DNA of 64,000 nucleotides from Malacoraja senta (lineage: Eukaryota): assembly GCA_038087875.1 (NCBI GenBank), contig JAXLNO010000260.1:62001-126000 (forward strand). Reading direction: 5' to 3'. The notes beneath the pieces are model-generated. The model saw only the letters and a list, made by a program, of their open reading frames with translations. It was not told the DNA's origin and did no database searches. A program made the position numbers and the translations under genes. Of the stretch, positions 37,808-49,826 are shown one piece after another. Position 1 is the stretch's first letter. Every line of letters begins with the position of its first letter.

Positions 37808-38499
37808 GTAGACAATAGACAATAGACAATAGACAATAGGTGCAGGAGTAGGCCATTCGGCCCTTTGAGCCAGCACCGCCATTCAATGTGATCATGGGTG
37901 ATCATCCCCAATCAGTACCCCGTTCCTGCCTTCTCCCCATATCCCCTAACTCTGCTATTTCTAAGAGCCCTATCTAGCTCTCTCTTGAAAGCATCCAGAG
38001 AACCTGCCTCCACCGTCTTCGAGGCAGATAATTCCACAGACTCACCACTCTCTGTGAGAAAATGTGTTTCCTCGTCTCTGTTCTAAACGGCTTACTCCTT
38101 AATCTTAAACTGTGGCCCCTGGTTCTGGACTCCCCCAACCTCGGGAACATGTTTCCTGCCTCTAGCGTGTACAAACCCTTAACAATCTTATATGTTTCAA
38201 TGAGATCCACTCTCATCCTTCTAAACTCCAGAGTGTACAGGCCCAGCTGCTCCATTCTCTCACCATATGACAGTCCCGCCATCCCGGAATTAACCTTGTA
38301 AACCTACGCTGCACTCCCTCAATAGCAAGAATGTCCTTCCTCAAATTAGGGTACCAAAACTGCACACAATACTCCAGGTGTGGTCTCACTAGGGCTCTGT
38401 ACAACTGCAGAAGGTCCTCTTTCTTCCTATATTCGATTCCTCTTGTTATAAAGGCCAACATGCCAGTCGCTTTCTTCACTGCCTGCTGTACCTGCATGC
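37808..38499 (-). mobile_element. 5'-truncated CR1 3' fragment
   Basis: MQVQQAVKKATGMLAFI...RTRGHSL; (AGACAAT)n tail. Confidence 0.93.
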
Positions 38500-38669
38500 T
38501 GTAAGATGGTATGATGTACCTGTATGCTGTAAGATGTACCTGTAATGCTGTAAGATGTACCTGTAAGATGGAATGTTTTACTTATTTAATACATTTGTTT
38601 AAATAAAATACAATATCTAGTGATCCGTATTTCCTATTCTAAATGGTCTTCTCCCTGCTCCTGTAGGGG

Positions 38670-38992
38670 TGAAGATGCTGAAGCTTGAAAGTGTGCACCA
38701 CCAAACTCAGGAACAGGTTCTTCCCCTCTGTTAGCAGGTTTCTTAGTGGTCCTTACATAAGCTAGTGTATTATCAGTTTCACCTCTACCCCATTGCAGAC
38801 ATTGGACTTTGTCCTTGAAACTGATGCACTACAATGCTGCATAATATATTCTGCACTCTTAATCTTCCCCTCTGCTCTGCCTATTGTACTTGAGTTTAAC
38901 GTGTGTATTTATGTATTGTATTATCTGATCTGATTGGATATCAAATACAAATCAAAGCATTTCACTGTACCTTGGCACTCGTGACAATAAAG
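38670..38992 (+). mobile_element. Old Rex1-like 3' end fragment
   Basis: CACCACCAAACTCAGGAACAGGTTCTTCCCC (TTKLRNRFFP) matches the Rex1 C-terminus; ends CACTCGTGACAATAAA. Confidence 0.6.
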
Positions 38993-39018
38993 AGCCAAAA
39001 TCTAAACCATTCAATTAA

Positions 39019-39129
39019 AGGGCTAGTCCCACTTGGGTGGCCTAATCCGCAAGTCCAGAAGAGTGTCTTCAACCTTGAGGGCACTCTCCTGGAAAGCCTC
39101 GAGCTGGATCGACCGGCTGCGTAGAAACC

Positions 39130-39180
<51 letters not shown>

Positions 39181-39184
39181 TGGC

Positions 39185-39217
<33 letters not shown>

Positions 39218-39330
39218 GCGACAGACAGACAGACACACACACAGAGCGAAGGTGGGAGCCAGGGAATGCGGAGGAGCGCTGTCTGCGCGATGAAGAGGAA
39301 GGTAAACAGCTGCCACAGTGTATGGTAAGT
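39019..39330 (+). mobile_element. Harbinger-like MITE left part, running into microsatellites
   Basis: TAA then AGGGCTAGTCCCACTT terminus. Confidence 0.5.
39130..39243. repeat. (GACA)n microsatellite
   Basis: Directly visible. Confidence 0.97.
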
Positions 39331-39344
39331 CATTTACAGAGTGC

Positions 39345-39652
39345 GGGGGGGGGAGAGAAGGGGAGAGAAGGGGAGAGAAGGGGAGAGATGGGGAGAGATG
39401 GGGAGAGAAGGGGAGAGAAGGGGGAGAAGGGAGAGAAGGGGGAGAAGGGAGAGAAGGGGGGGAGAGAAGGGGGGGAGAGAAGGGGGAGAGAAGGGGGAGA
39501 GAAGGGGGAGAGAAGGGGGAGAGAAGGGGGAGAGAAGGGGGAGAGAAGGGGGAGAGAAGGGGGAGAGAAGGGGGAGAGAAGGGGGAGAGAAGGGGGAGAG
39601 AAGGGGGAGAGAAGGGGGAGGGAGAATGGGGGGAGAATGGGGGGAGAAGGAG
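39345..39652. repeat. Polypurine (GGGG/GGGGG-AGAGAA)n repeat, ~300 bp
   Basis: Directly visible 10-11 bp units. Confidence 0.97.
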
Positions 39653-39805
39653 TGGAGACACTTTTAAGAAGTTTAGTAAAATTTAGTGTAGAATCAGGCC
39701 CTACGGCCCAACTTCCCAACAAACATGTCCCATCTGCACTAGTCCTACCTGCCTGCATTTGGCCCATATCCCTCGAAACCTGTCCTATCCATGTACCTGT
39801 CTTAA

Positions 39806-41760
39806 ACCCCTGTCTCACGGTGCGAGTCGACCCATGAGTGACCCCTAGTTTAAAACAAATTAAACTCGTGGTAATCACGTACAATTAACGTAGCGGGAAC
39901 GTCGGAACTCATGGACGCAACTTAGCGACTCGTGGCACTAACGGCAGGTACCCGTGAAACTTGTTAACTCTTCAATAATTTCAAACATGTTTAAAGTTTT
40001 TCACGAGTCAAATTTACTGTTGAAGTTAAAAATTGAAACATTTAAACTCGTTGTAAGAATGTAGTGGCCCGTGAGTTTACCGTAGTGACTCTTGAGTCTA
40101 CCGTGGGCACTCTTTAACTCAGCGGGACAGGCAGCATCTCTGGAGAGAAGGAACGGGTGACGGGATGACGTTTCCAAAATTCTGCTGCATCTTTGTGTTA
40201 CTCCAGCACTGTGTGTTCACTTTTTGTCAACTATCATCTGCCCTTTCTTGTGTATGACATTATTTTATCCGTGGCAGTTGATTGTCGCTCCCTTCAGTTT
40301 CCCAGAGGGTCGGGACGGGACTGGAGTTGGGAGGGAAAGGTGGGGGGGGGGGAGCGGGAGACGAGGGAGGGGAGGGGGGGGGGGTGTTGGGGTGACTTAG
40401 TACGGGAGACAAGTGTACGAGAGGTGTACTGACTGTGTGGGCAGACACTTTGGTAGTGATTGCCCATGGGGTTCACTGTCGAGGACTTCATAGTGCAGAG
40501 AGCATTATAAACAGAGCGATTAACCCTGGAAAGGGGGGCAGACTTCTCTCTGAGTTGGACCCAGGAAACTGAAGCAGGCTCACGTAGACTTAATATTTTC
40601 TTGAGGTTATTAATGACAGATAAATAGATGGGAAGGGTTTAGAGGGCTATGGGCCACATGCAGGCAAATAGGACTACCCCAAGGCGCCAACTTGGACGGC
40701 ACAGCCAAGCTGGGCTGAAGGACCTGTTTCCGTGTTGTACAGCACCATGACTATGGCCTATCCAGTGGGAATGACATGTTTTGTATTCCTTTCTAAAGAT
40801 GCAGTGTATTTTGGTGACTATTGCACACTGCAGACCAGAAGCGCCTTCAACACCCAGAGAGAAGGGATGGGCAGGTTAGGTGAGCAGGAGAGTGGGGTTG
40901 TTTGCAGTTACAGAGGGAGGGGGCAAGTGCGGTACAGTTACCAGTCTCAGCTCCTGTTCTACCGAGCGTGCGGACGTGGATGGGTGGCTTGGTTGGCGGC
41001 CGTCCATGGTGTGGCAGAGCCGGTGTGCCCGCTGACTCCCTTCCCCCACCCCCGGTCCGGGGCCACCCTGGGAGAGAGCCCCCGAGCACCTGCCCTGGGG
41101 GACTGGCACTGACCTGCTGGCGACGCCGACGTGAAGACGGTGCGAAGCCCCCGCGCCCGGTGCAATGGGGGGGAGCTGGAGAGGGGAGGGAAGGGGTCAC
41201 ACACATGGCCGGGAAGCAGAGGGGTGGGGGTGGGGGTGGCGACAGACAGGGCCAACAATGAGATGGAGAAAGACAGGCGCGGAGACATCCGTCCACATTC
41301 AAACATTTCATCACCCGTCTCCCTGCAGTGTGTAGACCTGGTAGTAAATTCAGGATGGAGCTGTCTTCTTTAACACTGTTGCTTCGCTGCCACCGCCTCC
41401 TTGCTGCACAATGGCAGCGAGTGCGGGGCCGAGATCCTGCCTAGTTTTTTTAAGTTCTGAAATTTTCAATACTGAATCAGAATATACTTACTGTATGAGA
41501 TGCTGTCCAGCTCCTCTATTTGATATTTAAAACAGACCTTCATTCACGGTTGGCTCAAGAGTAACTCGGGAGAGGAACTTGGTAACTCAGGAGAGGAACT
41601 TGGTACATCGCAGAAATGAGAACGGCGAACTTAGACATACACGTGGGAACTCATTTAAACTCGTGAACATAAACTTGGAATCTCATACACAACTATGAGT
41701 GTGATTTTTTCTTTCACTCGGGATCACTCATGGGTGGACTCGCACCATGAGACAGGCCCA
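39806..41760. mobile_element. ~1.95-kb non-autonomous Harbinger-like DNA transposon inserted in a CR1/SINE tail
   Basis: TIRs CCTGTCTCACGGTGCGAGTCGACCCATGAGTGACCC / GGATCACTCATGGGTGGACTCGCACCATGAGACAGG; TAA on both sides; host tail GTACCTGTCT..ATGTTTCTT resumes at 41764. Confidence 0.8.
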
Positions 41761-42024
41761 TAAATGTTTCTTAAACATTGTAGTGGCACCTGCCTCAACT
41801 ACCTCTTCTGGCAGGAAACAAATAGAGGGGATCATTGCCGTTCATTTTAGAGGCATTGATTCCAGCAAGCTTAATCTGTTTAAGATAACCACATGGCCTA
41901 CTTGGCCTACCTCTCTCATTCTATTCTTCATCATCTCAATGGACATCAGTTACATAAATTGAATATATTCTCAGTCACCCATTGCTGAACTACATTGTTC
42001 ATTGTTAAGGAAAGCCTCAACTTT

Positions 42025-42680
42025 CATAAGTTTATGAGTTCATAAATGAATTCATGTGACAGGAGCAGAGTAAAGCCATTCAGCCCATCAAGTTTACTCC
42101 GCCATTCAATCATGGCGGATCTATCTCTCCCTCTCAACCCCATTCTCCTGCCTTCTCCCCATAACCCCTGACACCCGTACTAATCAAGAATCTATCTATC
42201 TCTGCCTTAAAAATATCAATTGACGGCCTCCACAGCCAGCGGTGACAAAGAATTCCATTGATTCACCACCCTCTGACTGAAGAAATTCATCCTCATCTTC
42301 TTCCTAACGGAACATCTTTTTATTCTGAGGCTATGACATCTGGTCCTAGACTGTTCCACTAGTGGAAACATCCGCTCCACATCCACTCTATCCAGGCCTT
42401 TCACTATTTGTTAAGTTTCCATGAGGTCCCCCCTCAATCTTCTAAACTCCTGCGAGTAGAGGCTCAGAGCTGTAAAACGCTCATTATATGTTAACCCACT
42501 CATTCCTGAGATCATTCTCGTAAACCTCCTCTGGACCCTCTCCAATGCCAGCATATCCTTCTTCAGATATGGGGCCCATAATTGTTCACAATACTCCAAA
42601 TGCTGCCTGACCAGCGCCTTATAAAGCCCCAGCATTCCATACCTGTTTTTGTATTCTAGTTCTCTTGAATTAAATGCTAA
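42025..42680 (-). mobile_element. CR1 3' fragment
   Basis: LYKALVRQHLEYCEQLWAP...FFSQRVVNQWNSL. Confidence 0.9.
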
Positions 42681-44327
42681 CTTAAAACTCTCAAGACATT
42701 GCAGGGGAGTTTCCTGTTGAGGAGCATCCGCATCATTCTATAACGTAATTCAAGGCTCTGATGCTACTCAGTGTCTCATCACCTGACTCTGAGACCGTAT
42801 GGGCAATCAATGTCACCCTTATGGATTCACCTGATTTACTATGTGGAGATCATGGTACAGGGCACTGATCCTGTGGTCACTATTACAGTTTTGTGGAGTG
42901 CTGGGAGCAGTATAAACATCTCAGTAATGTGCATGAAGAATCATTGTGTAGGCTAGAGAGCAGTTTCACTTTGATCCAAAAGAGTCATCATTGAAAAATT
43001 CCTTGGAAGTCTCTGCAAGTTCAAAAATATGTTCTTGCTGAATGCACCCAGGAGTAAAAAAAAAATAAGATCCTATTCTTCTAACCTTGGATAAATGTGT
43101 TTCAGTACTGTGTACTATAAGAGTTTACCACAGACTTCAAACACATTCTTTTTTCCCTTGTCTGTGAAAGATGCTGTTTTCTGCTACTACAAAGACACTG
43201 AAAATCCAATGGGAACATAACTGATCGGTTTGTACATGTGTCGTCATCCATTATTTATATTTACAGTGTCAATGTTTAATTTAACAGATCAAGATGCGAG
43301 GTTTGAAGAAAAAAGAAGGCAAAGTTTGATGTTTGTTTAAAATGCACTATTATGCGCACCAATATGCATGGCATAAAATCCTTCCAGAAGCATATGCTTG
43401 CATGCCTTAGGGAGTTGAAGCTTCATACAGAGAGAGTGCATTAATGCTAATTTGTTTCTACTAGAGAAAATAGGCCTGCTTGACTTTAAAAATGTCATGA
43501 AAGTGCGCACTTTAACAGATTCAGTAATAGTGATGAGTGTTGTCAACATCAGCTCTTTACAAACCTAAAATATTTCAGCTTATAAATCTATATACTCATT
43601 GAACACAGGGGAGCCATCTGATGCTGTGACTTGCAATCCGTCATTATAAAGACTGAAGAAGCTCCATTTATGGAAAAGAAGAAGCTGGGAATACTGATTA
43701 TACGAATGAAGCTTTCTCATTCTGTAAATGCACCACATGAATCTGGAAAATAAATTGAGCTCTCAAAATGAAGAGTTCCCATGTATCATGTAATGGCCAT
43801 TCACAGACAAACACCAGAAAGAAAAACGGCAGGAGGCAGCCTTTTAACTACAGAGTATTAAGGGAATTTTGCATTAAACTTTATGTAATTTTAGCTTTCG
43901 TATCTGTTTTGCTAAAATGTACACAAATATATTTCCAACAGCAAGAGGCAAAATTATGTTATGCATGTTATTTGAGGACTGCATAATGAAAAATGATTCA
44001 TAAGCAGTAGAATTACAATGTATATCATATTCGTTAAGATTTTTTTTCTTTAAAAATGTAACATTGTTTCATATATCCTGGAACATATTGAACATATAAT
44101 GAGTTCTCATGCAGTACTGATTGAGGATTCTCCTATGTAATTAAAACACAGTATGTAATTAAACATTAATGTGAGACAATATCTACACGTGCTATTCAAA
44201 GACATTCTCAAGTCTAAGGAAGACTATTCATTCAAGGAAAGGACTTCTGGCACGACTCATTTGTAGAACCAGGAAGCGTATTAAGCTTAGGCACAAAGTG
44301 CTGGAGTAACTCAAAGGGTTAGGCAGC

Positions 44328-45770
44328 ATAGAGTCATAGAGTCATAGAGTGATACAGTGTGGAAACAGGCCCTTTGGCCCAACTTACCCACACCCCAACA
44401 TGTCCCAGCTACACTAGTCCCACCTGCCCGCTTTTGGTCCATTTCCCTCCAAACCTGTCCTATCCATGCACCTGTCTAACTGTTTCTCAAATATTGGGCT
44501 CAACCCTGCCTCAACTACATCCTCTGGCAGCTTGTTCCATACACCTACCACACTTTGTGTGAAAAGCTTCTTTGGAGAACATAGATATTCACCCTCAGCC
44601 TGTGCCAATTGAAGTTTCAATGAGATCCCCCCACATCTTTTAAACTCCAGTGAGTAGAGGCCCAGTGCCATCAAAGGCTCATCACATGTTAATCTAATAA
44701 TTCCTGGGATCTTTCTCGTAAACCTCCTCTGGATCCTCTCCAGCACCAGCACATCCTTCGTCAGATATGTCAAGTCAAGTCAAGTCAAGTCAAGTCAAGT
44801 TTATTCGTCACATACACATACGAGATGTGCAGTGAAATGAAAAGTGGCAATGCTCACGGACTTTGTCCAAAAAACAAACAAACAAACAAACAAACAAACT
44901 ACAAACAGAATGGAACAGAATCACATATTCTTTTACATATTACATATTGTGGGAGAAAGGAAAAAGGACAAAAACCCAGCAATTAAAAAAAACCAGTAGA
45001 ATGGTACAGTAAAGTTAGTCCCTGGTGCGGTAGGAGTTTACAGTCCTAATGGCCTCTGGGAAGAAACTCCTTCTCAACCTCTCCGTTCTCACAGCATGGC
45101 AACGGAGGCGTTTGCCTGAACGTAGCAGCTGGAACAGTCCGTTGCAGGGGTGGAAGGGGTCTCCCATGATCTTATTGGCTCTGGAGTTGCACCTTCTGAT
45201 GTATAGTTCCTGCAGGGGGGCGAGTGAAGTTCCCATAGTGCGTTCGGCCGAACGCACTACTCTCTGCAGAGCCTTCTTGTCCTGGGCAGAGCAGTTCCCA
45301 AACCAAATCGTGATATTTCCAGACAAGATGCTTTCCACAGCCGCTGAGTAGAAGCACTGGAGGATCCTCAGAGAAACTCTGAATTTGCTCAGTTGCCTGA
45401 GGTGGTAAAGGCGCTGTCTTGCCTTACGAGTGCTGCAGCGTGTGATGTCCATGACATATCCTCAGAGATGTGGACTCCCAGGTATTTCAAACAGCTCACC
45501 CTATCCACAGTATCCCCATTTATCCTCAATGGTGTGTACGTCCTCGGATGATGTGCCCTCCTAAAGTCCACGATCAGCTCCTTCGTTTTTTTGATGTTCA
45601 AGAAATGGGGCCCAAAATTGCTCACAATGCTCCAAATGCGGTCGGACCAGCGCCTTATGAAGCCTCAACATTACATCCCTGTTTTTATATTCTAGTTCTC
45701 TCAAAATAAATGCAAGCACTACATTTGCCAGTCCTCTCAAAATAAATGGTAACATTACAATTGCCTTGGG
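44328..45770 (-). mobile_element. CR1 3' fragments, split by a Rex1 at 44770-45601
   Basis: LERIQRRFTR on the left and LVRPHLEHCEQFWAP on the right; (CATAGAGT)n tail at ~44328. Confidence 0.8.
44770..45601 (-). mobile_element. 5'-truncated Rex1/Babar LINE
   Basis: KTKELIVDFRR, KYLGVHISED, KARQRLYHLRQL, RLRRSFFPEAIR; (TCAAG)n tail. Confidence 0.9.
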
Positions 45771-45993
45771 CAAGGGAAGTGATTGATTGCTGGGACTGAA
45801 TTTGGTCTCATTCAGCAGCACAGTTTAATATTATTTTATTAACATCAGTGGGAAAGAAGATTGGAAAAATTGATAACCAGACTTAAAAATGTCTTGTTAG
45901 AACATAGCAACGTAGAAGCAAAACGAAGCAGCAGTCGGCCCTGTGACTTCTCACTCATCCTGTAATCACAATTATTATTTCACCTCGGCTTTA

Positions 45994-46576
45994 AAGGCCT
46001 GTCGCACGAGTCTGCGGTCATTGGCGGCGAAACAGGAACTATCTACCGCTCCTGTGCCGCCAGAGACAGCGGGCTCGGTCAAACGCACAATTCTGGGGCC
46101 GTGCGGCGTTGTTCCCAACACCGCACGGTGCTAAAAAAAACCCAACACTGTTCAAAAATATGTTCCTACCGCACAGTGATGCACGAGTGCGGCACGGCCG
46201 CCGCCAGTGTGGCACGAGCGCCGTGAGTAGAACCTTCACCGCCACAGCCTCCGCCAGTGAGGCATGTGTGCGGCACGGCCGCCGCCACAGCCGCCGCCAC
46301 GGCCGCCGCCACAGCGCCGCGATCAGCACGGCCGACGCCACAGCCCCGCAGATCCGAAATTACGTCATTGCAGTCGGCCCGCCCTTTTTTTTTAACTTAC
46401 CGCAAGCTCGTGGGACCAGCCGTACTTAAATCACTCGGCCCCCGCGCAGCATCCGTGCGGCGCTCCCGCGGCATAAGCTCGGCGCTCTCGCCGTTGCCGT
46501 GCGGTCCCCTCTACAGGCGAAGCCGCGCTTCACCGTGCTTCACCGCCGATGACCGCAACACCGTGAGACAGAGCCT
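45994..46576. mobile_element. GC-rich Harbinger-like MITE with TTA TSD
   Basis: AAGGCCTGTCGCACG...GCGGTCATTGGCGGCGAA / TTCACCGCCGATGACCGC..CGTGAGACAGAGCCT; TTA at 45991-45993 and 46577-46579. Confidence 0.8.
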
Positions 46577-46584
46577 TTACTCAT

Positions 46585-47205
46585 TTAATATAAAATGTAT
46601 CAATCTCTGTTTCGAGTATACTCACTGAGCCCTCACAGCCCTCTTGCATTGAAAGATGCCCATTTCTTTTCTCTTATCTCAGTCCTAGATGCCTATCCCC
46701 TCTTTTTGAGACTGGCTCCTGCTTAGAGGCGCACATAAAGTGGAACCTTCTTTCTTCTCCCCTTTAAAATCATGTAAAAACTTTTAAACATTTCCATCAG
46801 ATCACGGCGCGTCCTTATGAACTCTAGACCATAACGAGTCTGCTTAATTTTCCTCATAGGAGAAACCCTAAATCAATGTGGCAAATTATACATTGAACTT
46901 TCTCTTTCACAAGTCTATCTTCCCTTTGGCAGGGAGAACAAATCCATGCATAATATTTCAAGTGCAGTAAGAGATCCCTTCATTTTTATTCATATCAACT
47001 TGCCATAAATGCCATTTACTTTCACAATCATTTTTGTACCAACACGTTGTCTTTCAACGATTCTTAAGGACAAGGACACCCAGATCCCTCTGAACACCGA
47101 CACCTTTCAATCTCATAACATTTATTGACCACTCCACGTTTATATTTTGCTCCCCAATGTATTCAATCGGCCTTGTTTTTACATATTCACTTAACCTATC
47201 TATTT
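46585..47205 (-). mobile_element. Very old CR1 relic
   Basis: VGVQRDLGVLV-like fragment and degenerate CR1 3' motifs. Confidence 0.55.
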
Positions 47206-47209
47206 CTCT

Positions 47210-47427
47210 TGAAGATATACACAAGATGTTGGAGTAACTCAACAGGACAGGCTGGATCAAAGGACTGGGTTATGTTATGGGTTGACACCCTTCTGCAGAC
47301 AGGAGGCTGAAGAAAGGTCTTGACCCAAAACATCATGCATTCCTTCTATCCAGAGATGCTGCCTGTCCTGCGGAGTTACTCCATCATGCCTATCTTCGGT
47401 GTAAACCAGCATCTGCAGTTCCTTTCT
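47210..47427. mobile_element. Palindromic Penelope-like hammerhead repeat (decayed)
   Basis: Inverted arms around GCTGAAGAAAGGTCTTGACCCAAAACATC. Confidence 0.75.
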
Positions 47428-48016
47428 ATGCTATTTTCCTTGAAACTTCTCTACATAATCCTCACTACTCAGAATCGCTTTGGATTTTCTTTTACCTTAC
47501 CTTGCCAGATTATTCTCTTGCCTTCTTTTTGTCCTCCTGATTTCCCACTTATCTATACTCCGAAGAGGAATATCAGGAGGGCAGAAAGAAGAAGCCATTC
47601 ACTAATGGTAAATGAAGATCTGCAAAAATGATTTTGGAGCGAGGAAGAATTGAAAAATAAATGGTTTAGTTTTGACTTCGGACTCATGATGGGGATTTTG
47701 GCTTCTTATACCCAGCGAATAAGTGTTGTGACTGGGTCCTTCTGACATCTCACTGACTTGTTTTTTTAATTGAAAATTTGCCTTAATGTCTTGAGGAAAT
47801 ATAGAAAAACAAATATTTGCAGTGTCTGTAAGCTGTTTGGTGTTGCTGTTTGTAAACACTAATAACTGGTGATTTATCCCTAATTAAGTTACTTTCTCTG
47901 ACCAGTGGCCCAATACATATTCTCTCTTCATTTACTCCCAGTTAGTCCTTGTCAATCTTCTTCTGCTCCAAAGCTTAAGTGGTCTGATCACTCACATGCA
48001 TTTACCATTATCCCCT

Positions 48017-48223
48017 AGGTAGACACAACGTGCTGCAGTAACTCAGAGGGTCAGGCAGTATCTCTGGAGAAAAGAAATAGGTAAGGTTTTCGGTCACAAC
48101 TCTTCTTCAGAATGGTTCCGACCCGAAATGTCGCCTATTCCTTTTTCTCCAGACAGAGATGCTGCCTGACCCGCTGAGTTTTGTGTCTATCTTCAGTATA
48201 AACCAGCAAATGCAGTTCCTTCC
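48017..48223. mobile_element. Palindromic Penelope-like hammerhead repeat with 14-bp TSD
   Basis: TACCATTATCCCCT at 48003-48016 and 48224-48237; inverted arms. Confidence 0.85.
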
Positions 48224-49529
48224 TACCATTATCCCCTGGTCCTGTAGAATGGATAAAGCAACAGTCTTGTTGTCTCTAACTTGTATTTAAATCTTCTTGC
48301 TTTATTTCAAAAAATATCTTGGAAATTAATCTTCTGCTCTCCTACTAATCTCTCTCATTTTGCTTGATTTATAATTCTGCTGAGCATGTACAGTTTTTTT
48401 CACCACAAACGGTGATATCTTGTTGTATAAAAGGATCACATAAGAAATTAATATATTTGTTGATATTTGCTGGTAAAGTTAAACTCTGCCAACCGTAACC
48501 ATAAAATGCAAGTCAGATGGTCTATTGAATAAGGTATCACGAGTTATTTTTTTTTAACTGAACCAGTTAGTTACAGATAATGTGTATAGCATCAGACCAT
48601 TCCAGTTCTCTTCATGTGTTAAGTACAAATATGTCGATACAGTGTGCTCCTAACCGCAATGAGCATGACCTTTGAGCAAATTACATTAATGGAGCCATCA
48701 TTTCTGGGAAAATCAGAGGAAACTTAAAAGCAAAGTCAAGGACATTTAGGTTATCAGTGTCTATAGGTTCTTTGTTTTGCTGCTTACAACGGCAAATAAA
48801 AAAGATAAAGCCATCAACAGCACATCTCTTACTGAATTCAGTGAATTCTCTATTAATAGTAGTGTCTGATACAAAAATATGTCAAATCGTGCTAAATAAT
48901 AAGGAGGGCATTGATCATACTAATCATCACATGTACTTCTGGATGGCGCTCACGGAATTATTTTCTCCACTGGTATGTATTTACTGTATGGCACTTATTG
49001 AGAACAATGAAACTGTTCTTTGTATATTACGTAAATTCCATCAACTTTTCATTGCTTATGATTGCAGTAGCTGTGTATATGTTTTTCAGGTTTGCTATAA
49101 ACCAGGCTTGCAGATGTTAAGAAAGATAATTTTAAACTTGTTTCATTAATACTTATTCTATGATCGTTCTGTTGTGGCACATAATATGTATACCATGTGA
49201 TACAGATCATGAAAGTTGATCCATTGGTTGGTAGTGCTTCATATTTCATATCAGTAGTGGAATCATTACTATTATATTTAGTTATTCTGTAATATTTACT
49301 GCACCACTCCTGTCCTCCGTGTCAATAATACACAGTGAAGGCTTGAAATTTGTATTCAAAGTCATATTTATTACTGCCTGATAATTAATGTGATCTTCTA
49401 TTCCAAATGTTTAGAGACTATCTGTGTTAGAATTTTCTTCCCCACAGGTATTTTCTTGGAATACTTGATAAATATGAGTCCACCACTTTAAAGAATGTTT
49501 TAAATATGTAAGCTACAATATGCAGCATT

Positions 49530-49805
49530 CGGAGACACAATAAACTGCAGGTGCTGAATTTTGTGTACAACACCAAGTGCTAGATGAACTCAGCATGTCA
49601 GGCAGCATCTGTGGAGAGAATGGACAGATGATATTTTGGGTTTGAACCCTTCTTTAGAAAAGAGCTTTTCCACCTTTCTCCTCCTTAGTCCAATCAGCTT
49701 GACATGAAATGGCATCTGTCCATTCCCTTCACAGTTGCTGCCATTGAGTTCCTTTAGCACTTTGTGTCTTGGTCAAGATTCCATTTTCTGCCGTTTCTTG
49801 TGTCT
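49530..49805. mobile_element. Older palindromic Penelope-like repeat
   Basis: GGAGACACAA..CTGCAGGTGCTG ... TTTCTTGTGTCTCC inverted arms. Confidence 0.65.
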
Positions 49806-49826
49806 CCAATATATAGCATTTGCTTG

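Noticed and set aside
39023..39884. Several 100-212 aa Pro/Ser- or Gly/Glu/Arg-rich ORFs, superficially collagen-like
   Set aside because: Produced by the (GACA)n and polypurine simple repeats.
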